Numbered from the stretch's first letter, positions 13,641 to 26,629 are shown. The stretch: DNA of 64,000 bases from Stegostoma tigrinum (GCF_030684315.1 NC_081355.1:31327141-31391140), one strand, 5' to 3'. A program made the numbers and translations. Notes: generated by a model from the letters alone, not told the origin.

Positions 13641-13699
13641 CCAGATCAAGGAGTTCCACTTCCTGAAGGGGTGGGGTGGGAAGGTGGTGGTGGTGAATG

Positions 13700-13807
13700 C
13701 ACGTTTACAGGGATGTGGTAGGTCTGGGTGGGATGCTCTTCAGAAGGTTGGCATAGACTCAATGGGCCAAATGGACTGCTTCCACACTGTAGGAATTCTA
13801 TGATTCA
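13700..13807 (+). mobile_element. HE1-type V-SINE 3' fragment
   Basis: gggtgggatgctcttcagaagg...gggccaaatggactgcttccacactgtaggaattctatgattc, homologous to 29597-29683. Confidence 0.7.
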
Positions 13808-13824
13808 ATTTCATAAAGTAGTCC

Positions 13825-16600
13825 TTAAGATGTATGGCCGACGTAAGCCATTTAGCAAAGTATTACCAAGTCTGCTCTACCATTCAATGAGATCATAGCT
13901 GGCCCAATAATCCGCAATTCCACATTCCTACCCTTTACCAATAACCTTCGCTGCCCTTACTAATTAGAAATCAGTTTATGTCAGCCTTGAATATTCTTAA
14001 CCACCCACATTTGCTAGCTCTCTGCAATCAAGAATTGCAGATTCACTGCAGAAGAAACTTCTCTTCATCCATGTCTCAAATAGGGGGTCTCTTAGTCCAA
14101 GATTATGCCCTCTGGCCTAAATTCTCCAAGGACAGGAGACAAACTCAGCATCTATCCTATCAAGCCTCTTAAGAATTTTCTATGTTTCAATAAGATTGAC
14201 TCATCCTTCCATACTCCAATGGATACAGATCCAAGCTACTTATCCACTACTTCTAAAAGACAACTTCTCCATGTCCAAGATCAATCTTCTCTGGACCAGC
14301 TTCAATGCCAGCATTTCCTTCCTTAGATAAGAGGAAAAAATGTTCAGTGAACAGATATGGTCTGACTATATAATTTTACCAGGACTTCTCAATTTATATG
14401 TTTTGTTCCTTTGAAAGGAAAGGCCAATATTCCACTTTTCTTCACCATTCTCTGAACTTGGATGCTAGACTTAAGGTTTACGAACAAGGATTCCCAAATT
14501 CATCTACGTTGCAGCTTTCTATTGTCTTTTTCCATTTAAATAATATTCAGCTACTCTATCCTTGAACAAAGTTCATAACATCAGATTTCCCTCCATGTTA
14601 TTCCAACTGCCAAATCTTGGCCAAATACTTCGTCTGTATATTGGCAGACAGGCTGTCATTCTCACCAATTGCCTTCCACCAATTTGTGTGTAATCCACAA
14701 ACTTAGCTACCATGTATTCACTTCCCACATCCAAATTATATTAATAACAATGGCCCCAGCTCTAATCCCAACAGTTAAGTTACCGTCTTGAAAATGTCCC
14801 TCCTATTCCAACTCTCTTTCCTCTTATTAGCCAATCCTCCATTTATGCTAAGAGGCTACTTTCAACATCATGGGCTCTTATCTTATTAAGTAGCCTAATG
14901 CATAGTACCTTATCAAATGTCTTCTGGAAATTCAAATCATATTACATTCACTGCTTCCTCTATCAATCCTGCTTTTGACCACTTCAAAGAATCTTAGATT
15001 TGTCATGCACAACTTCCCCTTCATGAAACCATGCTTGATCATATTATGCATTTCCAAATGCCCTGCTTTATAACATTCTTTACACACTCCAACACTTCCC
15101 CAATAATAGATGTTGAGCTAACTGACCTATAGTTAATTTTTTGGGTCTCCCTCCTTTTTGAATAAATTTGTTACATTGGTAGTTTTCAAGTTCTCCAGGA
15201 CGTTTCCAAAATCCAAGGATTTTGGTAATATTAGTGCGTCCAGTGTCTCTATAGCTCCTTCCTTTAGCACTTCAGAATGCATTCCAACTAGGACAAGCTT
15301 TTAGCCCGATTAGTTTCTCTAGTAGTTTTTCTCTAGTGATAGTTATGGCGTTCATTTCCTCTTCTCCTTTTGCACTTTGATACATTTATGTAATCTTATT
15401 AGTATGTTCTACCATGAAGACTGATGCAAAGGCTTTATTCAACTCTTCGGTCATTTCATGGTTTTCCATTATTTCTTCAGCATCTTCCTCTAAAGAAGCT
15501 ACTTTCACTGTCACCTCTCCCATTTTATACATTGAAAGTAGTTCTTTTAAGTTCATCTTGATGTCAAGTGCAAGTTTGCTCTGTTTATTTTCTCCCTTTT
15601 TGGTCGTATTTGGGTAATCTTTTATTGGCTTTAAAACTCTCAATCCATTGGCTTACCACTAATCTTTGCCATCTTGCATTTTTCTTTCAATTTGAAAATA
15701 TTAAGTTCCCTGGTTAACCACAGCTGGCTTATCACTTTCCTAGGATCTTTCTTTCTCACTGGGGTAAACCCTTTTGTGAGGATGAACTATTTTCTTAAAT
15801 TTTGCCATTGCCCTCAATTGTATTTGTTGCTAATCTCCTTTCCCAAACCGCCACAGGCAACACTGCCCTTGTTCCTATGTAATTACTTGCATCTAAATTT
15901 AGTTGTTTCAACTCACGTTTTCTCATCTCAAACCAAATGCTAAATTCTACCATGATATGGTCAGTGTTCTTGTGATCTTTTACACTGACATCATTTATCA
16001 CACCTCATTATATATCACCAGATCCAAAATAGCCTGCTCCTGGTTAGATTCAAAATTGATCTAGGTAACAGCAACTGAACAAACTGACTTCTGTTTTGTG
16101 GCTACCTTTGCCAATTTGACTTTACAAACCTCCACAAATTTTAAAGTCACTATGATCAACTGACGTTTTCACAAGAACTCATTAGCTATTCCACCATATA
16201 GCTACTAACTGGGACATTTCGACAACTCCCACCAGTGCCTTGATCCCTTTGTTATTTCTTACCTCCACTCATCCAGATTTTATGCCTTCCTGATCCAAGA
16301 TCATTTATTCTATGCCAACCCACCTATTCACAACCCATTCCTTCAAGCTGTTCTTTCAAAAAAGTTGCATATTCATGAATATTCAGCTCCTAAGTTTGAT
16401 CTTATTTCAGTCATTAATTGATTTATTTTGTTCCATATACAGTAACTATTCATATAATGAGCCATCAATTGTGGTCTTTTTAAAAAGACCACTTCTTCCA
16501 TCCTTTGACGCTATTTGCTGCTTTTCTCCCCCCACCCATGCTTATACACTCACCCCCATTTCAACTATCGTTATCCAAACAGCTGCCTTTAAGGGCACCA
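13825..16600 (-). mobile_element. CR1 LINE, long decayed ORF2
   Basis: Minus-strand ORF remnants EMTEELNKAFASVF (15386-15643) and DHIMVEFSI (15795-16001), plus RT-region motifs toward 14.9-15.2 kb. Confidence 0.8.
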
Positions 16601-16859
16601 TATCCTATTGCTTTGTAAACTTACATTTTCTCACACCAAGTGACTTCATAGCTTTCTCATTTTTAGCTGAACAGTTTCTGCATTCTGGTTTCCTGAATTT
16701 AGGTTATCCTCTCTGTTGTACTAACACTAATGACAGTCCTCAATTGCTGTCCTTCCCAACGTTCTGCATCCTTCAATCTTCAGGTAAGAAGGATGCGGTG
16801 GAGATTGGCTAAGACAATAACCGCTGAAGTTTACAAGAATGCGTGGGGGATCCCAGCAA

Positions 16860-17450
16860 CGTATAAAATTTTCACAGGACTAGCCAGGAAGGATGTACCT
16901 GATGACTGGTGAGTCCAGAACCAGACGTCACATTCAAAGGATACAGGGTAGGCAGATTCAAGAGGGTGCTGAAGCACAGTGACTATTTGCAAGCTTGAGA
17001 GCAGATCTTATCCTTACATATCTTAAAATGGAGTTTTGCAAGTGTAGAACGATTCCAAGTCCATTACATGGTATTCTTTGCTCTGTTCTATTACCCTAAT
17101 GCACTTTGTATGCTATGATCCACTGTACTTCACGCAAAACTAAACTTTTCACTATACCTTGGTATACATGACAATAACAAATCAAATCCAATTTAAGACG
17201 GAGTTGAAAACAAATTTCTTCACCCAGAGGGTGATTAGTCTGAGGAATTCTTTGACACAAAACAGTTGAGGCCAAAACATTAAACATTTCCAATCAGGAG
17301 TTAGATACTGTTCTTAGGGCAGTAGGGATCAAAAGTCTGTGGGGAAAGGAGGAGCAGAGTTTGTAGTTGGATGATCAGTCATGATGATATTGAATGGTGG
17401 AGCAGGCTTGATGGGCAATTGGCCTACTCATTCCTAACTTTTAACATTAT
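16860..17450 (+). mobile_element. CR1 3' end with a nested Rex1-like tail (~17080-17190)
   Basis: tttcttcacccagagggtg...aatggtggagcaggcttgatgggcaattggcctactc CR1 tail; insert ends ttttcactataccttggtatacatgacaataacaaatcaaatc. Confidence 0.6.
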
Positions 17451-17984
17451 TGTGAATATCACCTGTCCTTCAGTCATGCATTCAACAATTAGATTCCTTT
17501 GACTGAATGCCAATTTAATAGTGGTCAAGGTAGCAACCCAGAATTTACCACTTTTATGGTCGTCTCTAATGTCTCCAGATGCCCAAGGTATAACAAGGAT
17601 AGATATTTTGCTATATTGTTGCTCCCCACGTAGATCACAAAGTTCATGCCATTTCCTTCTAATATCTTGTTGGAGCAAGACAGAAATCTTGGTAAACCAA
17701 GTTATACATACTTAAGAAACCAAATTCTCAGCTGTGAAGAGTAATATCCTTTCAATACACCATCAGCTACCTCAAAATATATTCCTTTTCATTCCTTAAA
17801 AATGAATACTGCTCCCCCCTGCCCCGCACCCAGCACAGTGCTATAGCCAGTGAGTTCACCTTGCCTGCAGTCTTTCAACCTCAAACTTTTACATGTACAA
17901 GGACTCAGGTTTCTCCAGCACTCCTTTAGCAATCCCCTTATCTGGTTCAGTCTTGTCCCTGGCCATAGACTAAACCCAATTTAT

Positions 17985-18370
17985 CTAAGTGCTGAAGGTG
18001 ACCTTATAGAGATTTACAAAATCATGAGGGACATGGGTAGGGTGATTAGCCAGTGTCATTTCTTCATGGTAAGAAAGTTCAAAATTGAAGGGAGTAGATT
18101 TCAGGTGAGGGAAAGACTTAAAAGACACTCGAGTGACAACTTTTTTCACCTAGAGGGCAGTACAAAATGAATTGCCAGAGGATGTGGTGGATGCAAATAC
18201 AATTACAACATTTCAAAGGCATCCAGATGGGTGTTTTAAAAAGGAAGGGTTTACAGTGATAAGGGGCAAATGCAGGTAAATGGGACTAGATCAGTTCAGG
18301 ATATCCGGTCAGTGCAGATAAAGTTGGATCCAAGGATCTGCTTCCATGCTGTACAATTCTCTGACTCTAA
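17985..18370 (+). mobile_element. CR1/HER1 LINE 3' end
   Basis: GDLIEIYKIMR peptide in ORF 17850-18170; tail ctgcttccatgctgtacaattctctgactct. Confidence 0.8.
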
Positions 18371-18689
18371 GTGGAATAATGCCTCCTCAAAGAGTCAGGA
18401 AACACCTCCACTTCCAAATGCATTGAAGTCTCTGAAACTCAGACTGACTCCAGGTCATCAAGTCAGAAATCCCATACTGTAGACAGATTTCAGGCGTACT
18501 GATGTGGATAACACAGGTGTCCACTAGTCCCCACATGCTATAGCTGCAAAATACTACCTGTACATAGTTTCCCTATACAAAGGGAATTCCCTATCAAGTA
18601 CTGTCTGACTTTACATAAGAATACTTCAAGATACATACTCCTTTCTAAAATAAATTACCTTAACAAAACAAAAATCTGTGGACTTACGA

Positions 18690-19045
18690 CAAGGGAGAAG
18701 TAATGATGTCAATACACAAGTAATTCAGAGGCAGGGCTAAAACCTGCAGATACAGATCTAAATCCTACTACAACAGGAGTTGGAATTTGAATTTGCTGAA
18801 TAACCCGATAAAGCTAGTGTTAGTATTATGAATACGTAATAAGTAACTGTAAAAAACCCACCTGGTTCACTAACATCATTTAAGGAAGGAATTCTGCCAC
18901 ATCCTTACCTGATCTGGCCTGTGTGCAACTCCTGACCCACAGCAACATGATTGACTTTTAGCTGCCTCTGAAATGGCAGAGCAATTGGGGAAAGGCAATA
19001 AATGCTGACATTGTCAGCAATGCCCCTCTTCATGAAAGAATGAAG
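18690..19045 (+). mobile_element. tRNA-head SINE sharing its 3' tail with the old LINE family
   Basis: Core ctggttcactaacatcatttaaggaaggaattctgccacatccttacctgatctggcc...cccacagcaacatgattgactttt recurs at 23310-23720 (rc), 42215-42590 (rc) and 57815-58120. Confidence 0.75.
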
Positions 19046-19164
19046 ACAGAACTTCAGGAAGGAAATGGTTGAATCTGTTAAAAGGATTTTAGTGCTACTC
19101 ACTCAAACCACCACTTATTTGCAATTAAAAGCACTGGATAGAATAAAAGGAGTATATGAGATAA

Positions 19165-19247
19165 TGCGAGACAACAAGGTGCACAGCCAGATGAACTCAG
19201 CAGGCCAAGCAGCAGAGGAGTAGAAAGCTGATGTTTCGGGCCTAAAC
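19165..19247 (-). mobile_element. Penelope-like pLTR fragment (family A) with TSD
   Basis: Homologous to the pLTR end; flanked by direct repeat tatgagataa (19155-19164 / 19248-19257). Confidence 0.8.
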
Positions 19248-20379
19248 TATGAGATAACACACAAGTTTTAGTTGCTTACGATTGCTTAAAGTTTTAGGCA
19301 CCAGGAAAAGAACCAACCCGAAAAGGGATAATACAATGCAAAATACATCAGTTACTGAAGACTTGATCTAACCCAGCCAGCTATAAAGAAGATGAATAAA
19401 AATCTAACTGGAATTGCAATAATCTTCGGAATAATGCCTTGATATGGTGTTAGCAATCATAGGTGAAATGCCATTCTGCTTCCTACGTTACAAAAAAGTT
19501 TTAAAGGGCCAAGCGCTCCATTGATGCTTATTTCAAACTTTAAAAAAGGTTTTAACTCCATTAAAAATGTCTAACCGATTTTTAAATGTACCTAGATCAA
19601 TTACCTCGACCCCAAGGCTTTTCTGATTTTAGGCCTCAGTTACTCCACTTCTTTAGTCGGAAGGTTTGAGCATAATGTGAATTGCAACACCTCGAAAGAC
19701 AATCTGACACTAACTTTCTTACCAGAAACAGTCCAAGTTTCAAAGAGAACATCAACTCAATCATTGTATTAACTAGTATTTCACAAGTTAATATAGAAAA
19801 ACAGCTATGGGGAAGGAATGGTAAAAATTTTTGGACACAGTTATTTTTAAATGCTCATGTTGACTTAGTTGAAAGATACCTGCCTTAATGTTGGACGGCT
19901 GGGGGTCGTTTGAATGATGGGCAGACTGAATTAACGTGGCGTTTGATAACTAAAAACAATTGGCCTTTTTTCACCTCTACGTGACCCGACAAACTTGTAT
20001 TTTTACGCTGTGAACCGATATGTCTTGTCTGTACTTGTTATTCGTTGTTGCCTTTTAGGACTTTTTACACCAGTGTGTAAACCTAGAAAGGGTTGAAAAC
20101 TAATCTCGGGGTGGAACCGGTAGGAGGTTTCGAACTGGTACAGTAACTGATAAAATCCAGTCCGGTGCAAACCGGGCACCAAGGCCAGGGTGCGAAAAAG
20201 AAAGAAAAAACCAGGCCTGTGCTCGAACTGGCCAGGACCTGGCTTAGAGTCACTAGGCCCTTTGGAAACACGCGGTTGCTTTCTCTACAGCACCGGGCCA
20301 GCGGCATGTTTGCTCAACCTCCCAGCCCCCTGCGCTGCAACACTAGGTGAATAGGAGAGACCTAGGTTAAGATCCCTGC

Positions 20380-21500
20380 TTGAAGTCTACACCGCGACCT
20401 ACGTTCCTCCAGTCTCTCCCGCAGCCTGTAGAAGAAAGGCAGAAAAATAAAAGCCGCTACTAGAATTATGCGGGACCACAGGGTTAAAACCCTGATCAAT
20501 GCTCTCCCTAACGCTTTGATTATATCTGCAGCTGGTGACAACGACAAAGGGCAATACTGTGCCCCTTACCAGGACCACCGACACCCTTCAATACCCACTA
20601 CCTGCCCATGAGGCAGAATAAATCTCTCGGGGCTACGCTAGAATCAGCCTCATTTACCGGAGTCCTTCCCGGAGTAGACGGTGCCAATCCCGTTCTGCTC
20701 GCCGAACCGCGAGGACTGGAGTAGCCATCGGCTGCCGCTTGCGGCAAGACCCGGACCCCAAGGCCGCCGGCACCGATGCTATTCCCCGCCGCCCGCTCCT
20801 GCAGGCTGCTGTGCCCGGAGAGAACGGCAAAGACCCCGCTTGCCGCCGGTGAACCCCCAACTCCAGCCGAGGTTCTCCCCGGAGCTGCTTGGATTCCTTT
20901 CCGCATATTTTGCGACTTTGGAACGGTTTGTCCGTTCAGACCTTTCGCTCTCTCAATAAATTATTTTTTAAATCCTACTCGCTCGCCCACCCTGAAAAAG
21001 AATAAAATACCCCCTGATCCCGGGAGGAGACAGAGCCCGATCGCCGTGTGTTCGGTCACCAGAAGATATGGTACGTGGGGAGGGGCAGATGCGAAAGATT
21101 TAAAAGTCCTTAAAACAGCTCCAAGCTCTGAAAATGGCTCCAGGAAGCTGACGATGAATGAAGGGAGACACTTTACGCGCGTAATGCCTCCCGCGAAACT
21201 TAGATTTCCCGCGGCTTTTTCAAACCTCATTTGCATGTCCTTCTTTTACCCATTGGTCAAACGCGCCCAGGTTCGCCTCCGAGTCTAGACTTCCCATTGG
21301 CTCATAGGCGAGCGGCGCTCGAGTGCTGTTCGAACGGGGCATCCCGTTGGCTGTGCCGTTGTCGGTTGCCATGACACAACAGAACGCTTCACGTTCTTCG
21401 TGATTCCTTCTTCTCCATTGTGACCTTTTTCTCCCGGGTTGAAACCCTTGAACCAGAGACACGTGCTTGCCCTGTTAGCAGACCCCCGCAGCGATATTCC
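20380..21500. promoter_or_regulatory. CpG island promoter, probably bidirectional
   Basis: Abrupt rise in GC and CpG against a CpG-depleted background. Motifs: E2F-like ccgcgaaa (21191) and tttcccgcgg (21205), octamer atttgcat (21229), two attgg/CCAAT boxes (~21253, ~21296), YY1 aaaatggc (21131), ETS caggaag (21141). Confidence 0.8.
20570..21170 (-). other. Candidate first exon of an unidentified minus-strand gene
   Basis: Pyrimidine-rich start (tctcccttcattc) then GCCATTTT on the minus strand. Three candidate donors: CCG|gtaaat (20658), ATGGGCAG|gtagtg (20602), CTG|gtaagg (20570). Confidence 0.45.
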
Positions 21501-23307
21501 AACTTGCTCTCTACTCAGGTTGAAGACTTTTCTTCACTGAATTGTTTGTGTGACTGTACATATAATTCAAAAAGATCTTTTTTTGTAGACAATAATTTGA
21601 CAAAGCCACTAGATGGCGAAATTTATTTTAGGAATAAATAAACCAGAATCGCCGCAAATTTTGCAGATTTCAAATATCCTTTACATCGTCTCTTGGTAAT
21701 TTCTACCTATCTTTAACCGCCAGTTTTCAATCCAATCTGCCAAATTGCCTTGGATCCCATGGGATCTTGGCTTCTTAACTGGTCTGCTGTGCGAGATCTT
21801 GCCAAAAGCCTCACTGAAGTCCATGGAGACTACGTCAACTGCACTACCATTATCTAAATACCTAGTTAACATCTTGAAAAATTGATCAATTTGTTAGACA
21901 TGATCTCCCCCTTACAAACCCATGCTGACTATCCTTGACCAATGCTTGCCCCTCTAAGTGGACCTCAATTCTGTCCCTCAGAATTTTTGACAACAGTTTC
22001 CCTCGCACAGATGTCAGGCTCATGGCCTGTAGTTTCCTGGTTTATCTCTACCATCTTTCTTGAATAAAGTTAGCACATTAGCTGACAACCAGTCACCTGG
22101 CACATCTCCAGTGACTAGAGAAGATTTGAAAATTAATATTAGAGCCCATGCATTGCCTCCCTTGCCTTCACAGCAGCCAGCAATACATCTTAGTTGGGCC
22201 TGGAGATTTATCTACTTACAAGCTGCTAATACCTGATTTCTCTCATTGCTAAATCATTCAAGTATTTCACAGTCCCTTCCCTAATTTCTACACCTACACT
22301 CCTCTACAGTAAATAAAGATGTCAAGCACCAATTTAAATCCACAGCTGTGCCTTCTGGCTCCAAATACAAATTGGCTCTTTGTTTTCAAAGGAGGTCTGT
22401 TCTTTTCCTGGTTATTCACTTTCCCCTACTGCACTTATACGATGCCTTTGGATTTTCCTTCATGTTACCTGCTATTGTTTTCTTATGTTCCATCTTTGCT
22501 CTCCTAATTTCTGTTTTAAGCTACGCTCTGCATTTGCTATACTTTTCCAGGGCATCTGCTGTTTCGAGCCTTCGGTATCTACCATAAGCTTCTGTTTTTC
22601 TCATATCCAATCCCTTGACATCCAGGGTCCTCTGGACTTCTTGGTTCCACCCTTCACCTTAATAGGAATATGTTGATCCACCACTCTCACTGATACCCCT
22701 TTGAATGTCTCCCATGTTTTAAGGTGGAATTTCCTGCAAGTAGCTGCTTCTAGTTGATGTTGTACAGATATCATTTTACGTTATTGAAATGGGGGCCTTC
22801 CCCCAAGTGAACCTTTATTTCCAGTCCTTCTTTGTACTTATCCATAATTATCTTAAATCCCATTGATTTTTTGTTGCTGTCAACAAAATACTGCCTAACT
22901 GCTACATCTACCATTTGCCTGGCCTGTTCTCTTAAACAGAGTCCAGCACCACCTTGCAGGTTTAAAAACTGTCCTGGACACATTTTAAGAATTTATTCTC
23001 CACACACCACCCCCCCCCCCCCCCCCCACCCCGCGCCCCGCTATTGCACTTTGTCTATCCGAGTTAATACTGAGAAAGTTGAAATTCCCTACTCCTTTTT
23101 TACCGTATGATTATTACACTTCTCGGAGACGTGCTTATATATTTTGTCCTTCTATCTTTCCTTGACTGTTTGGCAGTCTATAGTACATCCCCAGAATATC
23201 ATTATCCCCGAATTGTTTTGTTAATTCCTAATTATATGGCCTAATTTGAGAAACCTTTCAAGATATCATCCTTCCTTACTATGCTAGTTAACTCCTTGAT
23301 CAATGTT

Positions 23308-23720
23308 TCTTTATTCATTCATTTGATGAGGGCATTTTTAGTTGCCCATCCCAGAGGGCAGTTAAGAGTCATCCACATTGCTGTGGTTCTGGAGTCACAT
23401 GTAGTCCAGACCAGGTAAGGATGGCAGTTTCCTTCCCTAAAGGACATGAGTGAACCAGATGGGTTTTTCCAAGAAAAAAACACACAACAGTTTTGTGATC
23501 AGAGATAATGGGAACTGCAGATGCTGGAGAATCTAAGTAACAAGGTGTGAAGCTGAATGTGTGGTGGTCTTTTGTTTTGTGGTCATTAACAGACTTGTAA
23601 TTCCTGATGTTTTTTGAATTCAAATTCCAACATAATGGGATTTGAACCCAGGTTCCAAAAACATTACCTATGTCTGTGGATTAAGAGTCCAATGACAATA
23701 CCACTAGGCCATTGCCTCTC
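23308..23720 (-). mobile_element. SINE nested in CR1
   Basis: Reverse complement of the SINE core at 18690-19045; itself interrupted by a PLE tail fragment. Confidence 0.8.
23502..23573 (-). mobile_element. Penelope-like terminal tail fragment (family A)
   Basis: gagataatgggaactgcagatgctggagaatctaagtaacaaggtgtgaagctg is the rc of the 53195-53250 tail; flanked by gttttgtg(a/g)tca repeats. Confidence 0.8.
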
Positions 23721-25049
23721 ACTTATAACACCACCTCCTCTTTTGCACCACCCACTACCAGGCCTGAACATCCTATACCCCCAAAATATTGAGACCTGTC
23801 TTCCCTCAACCATGTTTCCATTGTAACAATGATGTCATATCCCCACTGGTTAATCAATACTCTCAATTCAACTACCTTACAAGCAAAACTCCTGGCATTT
23901 AAATAGATAGGCATGCCATGCTCCTTTGTGTCTTAATTTAACTATCTTCACACCGCCTTCTAGATTGACTTGGTTCTTCTTCTACACCTGTCTGTGCATT
24001 ACCCACTAATGTACATTCACTTCATACCTCATCCCCCTGCCAAATTAGTGTAATCATCCACCAACCACACTACCACATCTCCCCATTCTGGTTCAGGTGC
24101 AATCTGTCAGAATTGTTCAGCTAAGTTTCCTCAGAAAGGAACACAGTGTTCCAGGAATCCAAAGCCCTCCTTCCTGCTCCAACCCTCAGCCACATATTCA
24201 CTTGATTTATCCGCATATTTCTACATTCACAAGCACGTGGCACCAGAAGTAATCCAACGATTACAAACTTTGAGATCCTTTTTAATCTGCTACTTAGCTC
24301 CCTAATTCTTATTGCAGGACCTCATTCCACTCTCCATTTATGTCATTGGTCTCAGTGGGAGCCATTATATCTGACTGTTTGCCCGCTCCAATCTGGATGC
24401 CATCAGCCATTCAGTAATGTCTTGAACCTGGACCCAGAAAAGCAACATACCATACTTGAGTCACAGCTATGGCTGCAGAAATGCTGTCCCTACCCCTTTA
24501 CTGTTGAATCGTTCTGACGACCTTCCTGCCTCCCTTCTTCGGATTGATGATCACTCATTACTTTCTTGGCTTCAGTTCCTTAAGCTGCGGGGTGACCATA
24601 TCTGAAATTGTGTAATCCACATAGCTCTTAGCCTCATGGATACACTGCAGTGCCTTCAGCCAATGCTCAAACTTCAAAATTCAGCTCTCAAGCTGGACAG
24701 CCTGGTGGTACTTCTTGCAGATTGGTCATCCAGACAATCAGGGGTGTCTGAGATTTCCCACATATTGCAGGTCATGCAATATAATTTTACATTTCTATCA
24801 TGTTCTTTCATTTTTAATTGTTCTTACCTAACTTCATGTAATTTTTCCAATCTGTTGTTTTGAGAGGATAACATTTAGTTTATAGTATCCAGACAATTTT
24901 ATGCTTGATTTTTCCCTTTCAAATGGACAGTTTTTGGGAGAAGGGAGTAAAAGACTGATAGTATCATATAGCTCTATATGTAACACCCCTTTAAGTCCCT
25001 AATTGGCCCCATTCATCTTTTTTATCTCGTCAGTTTGTAAAAAATTTTT

Positions 25050-26530
25050 CTATTCAGTCATAAAACCTAGGTGTCACTGGCTGGCCAGCGTTTATTGCCA
25101 GTCCTTAGTTGCTCTTGAGTAAGTGATGGTGAGCTGCCTTCTTGAAAAGCTGCAATCCGCAAGCTGTAGGTTGATGCCCTTAGGGAGGGAATCCCAGGAT
25201 TTTGACTCAGCAACAGTGAAGGAACAACAATGTATTTTCAAGTCAGAATGGTGAGTGGCTTGGTGGGGAACTTGCAGGTGATGGTGTTTCATGCATCTGC
25301 TGCCTTTGTCCTTCTAAACAGAAGTGTTCATGGGCTTGGAAGCTGTTTTTAAGGCTCTTTGTTGCATTTCTGCAGTGCATCTTGGAGATGGTACACATTG
25401 CTACTACTGAGAATCGGTAGTGGAGGGCACGGATGCTTGTGGATATGGTGCCAATCAAGTGGGCTGCTTTCTCCTGGGTGGTGTCAGGTTTATCCAATGT
25501 TGTTTGGGCTGCACCTATCCAAGTAAGTGGGGAGTATTCTGTCACACTCCTGACTTGTGACTTGTAGTTGATAGACAGGCTTTAGCAAGTCAGGAGCCGA
25601 GTTCCTCAGCTTAGTCTTTCTAGTCTCTGACCTTCTCTTGCAGCTACTGTATCTATGTGAAGAATCAAGTTGATTTTCTACTCAATGGTAACCCCAAGGA
25701 TGTTAATAGTGGGGAAGTCAGTGATGGTAACAGCTTTGAATGTCAAGGAGTGCTGTTTGGATTGTCTGTTACAGAAGATGGTCACTGCCTGGATTTGTGT
25801 GGCATGAATGTTACTTGCCACTTGTCAGCCCAAGCTTGGATATTGTCCAATTTTGTTGTATTTGAACATGGACTGCTTTAGTATCTGAAGAATCATGAAT
25901 GGTGGTGAACATTGTACAATCCTCGACGAACATCTCCACTTCTGACCTTATAGTGAATGGAAGGTCATTGATGAAGCAGATGAAGATGTTTGGGCCTACG
26001 ACACCCTGAGGAACACCTGCAGAGATGTCTTGGAGGTGAGACGAAGAATCTCCAACAACCACAACCACCTTCCTATGTACCAGGTATGACTCCAACTAGT
26101 GGAGAGTTTGCCCCCGATTCCCATTGATTCCAGTTTTAACTTGGGCGCCTTGATGCTATTTCAGTCTGGATTCGATGCCAGAAAACAGCCTTGATTCAAG
26201 GGCAGTGACTCTCACCTCACCTCTGGAATTCAGCTCTTTCTTCCAGGTTTGAACCAAGACTCTAATGAGATCAGGAACTGAGTGGTCCTTGCAGAACCCA
26301 AGCAGGATTTCACTGAACACATTATTGCTGAGCAGTGCCGCTCGATACCTCCCATCATTTTACTGATGATCAAGAGAAGATAGATGGGGCAGCAACTGGC
26401 TGTGTTGGATTTATCCTGCTTCTTGTGTATAGGCCCAGATAATTTGTCATATCATCAACAAGATGCCTGTGTTGTGACTGTACTGGAGGAGCTTGGCTTC
26501 AGGAGTGGCAAAATCTGGAACTCAAGTCTT
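25050..26530 (-). mobile_element. Old CR1/L2-group LINE (RT to 3' end)
   Basis: ORF 25811-26095 SAGVPQGVVGPNIFICFINDLP...MFVEDCT corresponds to RT motifs 4-5. Confidence 0.85.
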
Positions 26531-26629
26531 TTAATATTATTAATATTAATACGCTTTCAGAAATTTTTTGGATTCTCATTTATGCTAGCTGCATGCCTTT
26601 TCTCATATGACATAAAATGCCCTTTGATA

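Larger units (their letters stand above)
21680..24780 (-). mobile_element. CR1 LINE remnant (ORF1 through RT)
   Basis: ORF remnants AVDVVSMDFSEAFGKISH..HGIQGNLADWIENW (21681-21872) and YLNARS..YDIIVTMETWL (23723-23914). Confidence 0.85.

Noticed and set aside
20598-21462. Several 70-170 aa ORFs on both strands
   Set aside because: Expected stop-poor ORFs of a GC-rich CpG island; no recognisable domain.
23010-23040. Long C run, potential G-quadruplex on the minus strand
   Set aside because: Simple homopolymer expansion inside a dead CR1; nothing indicates function.
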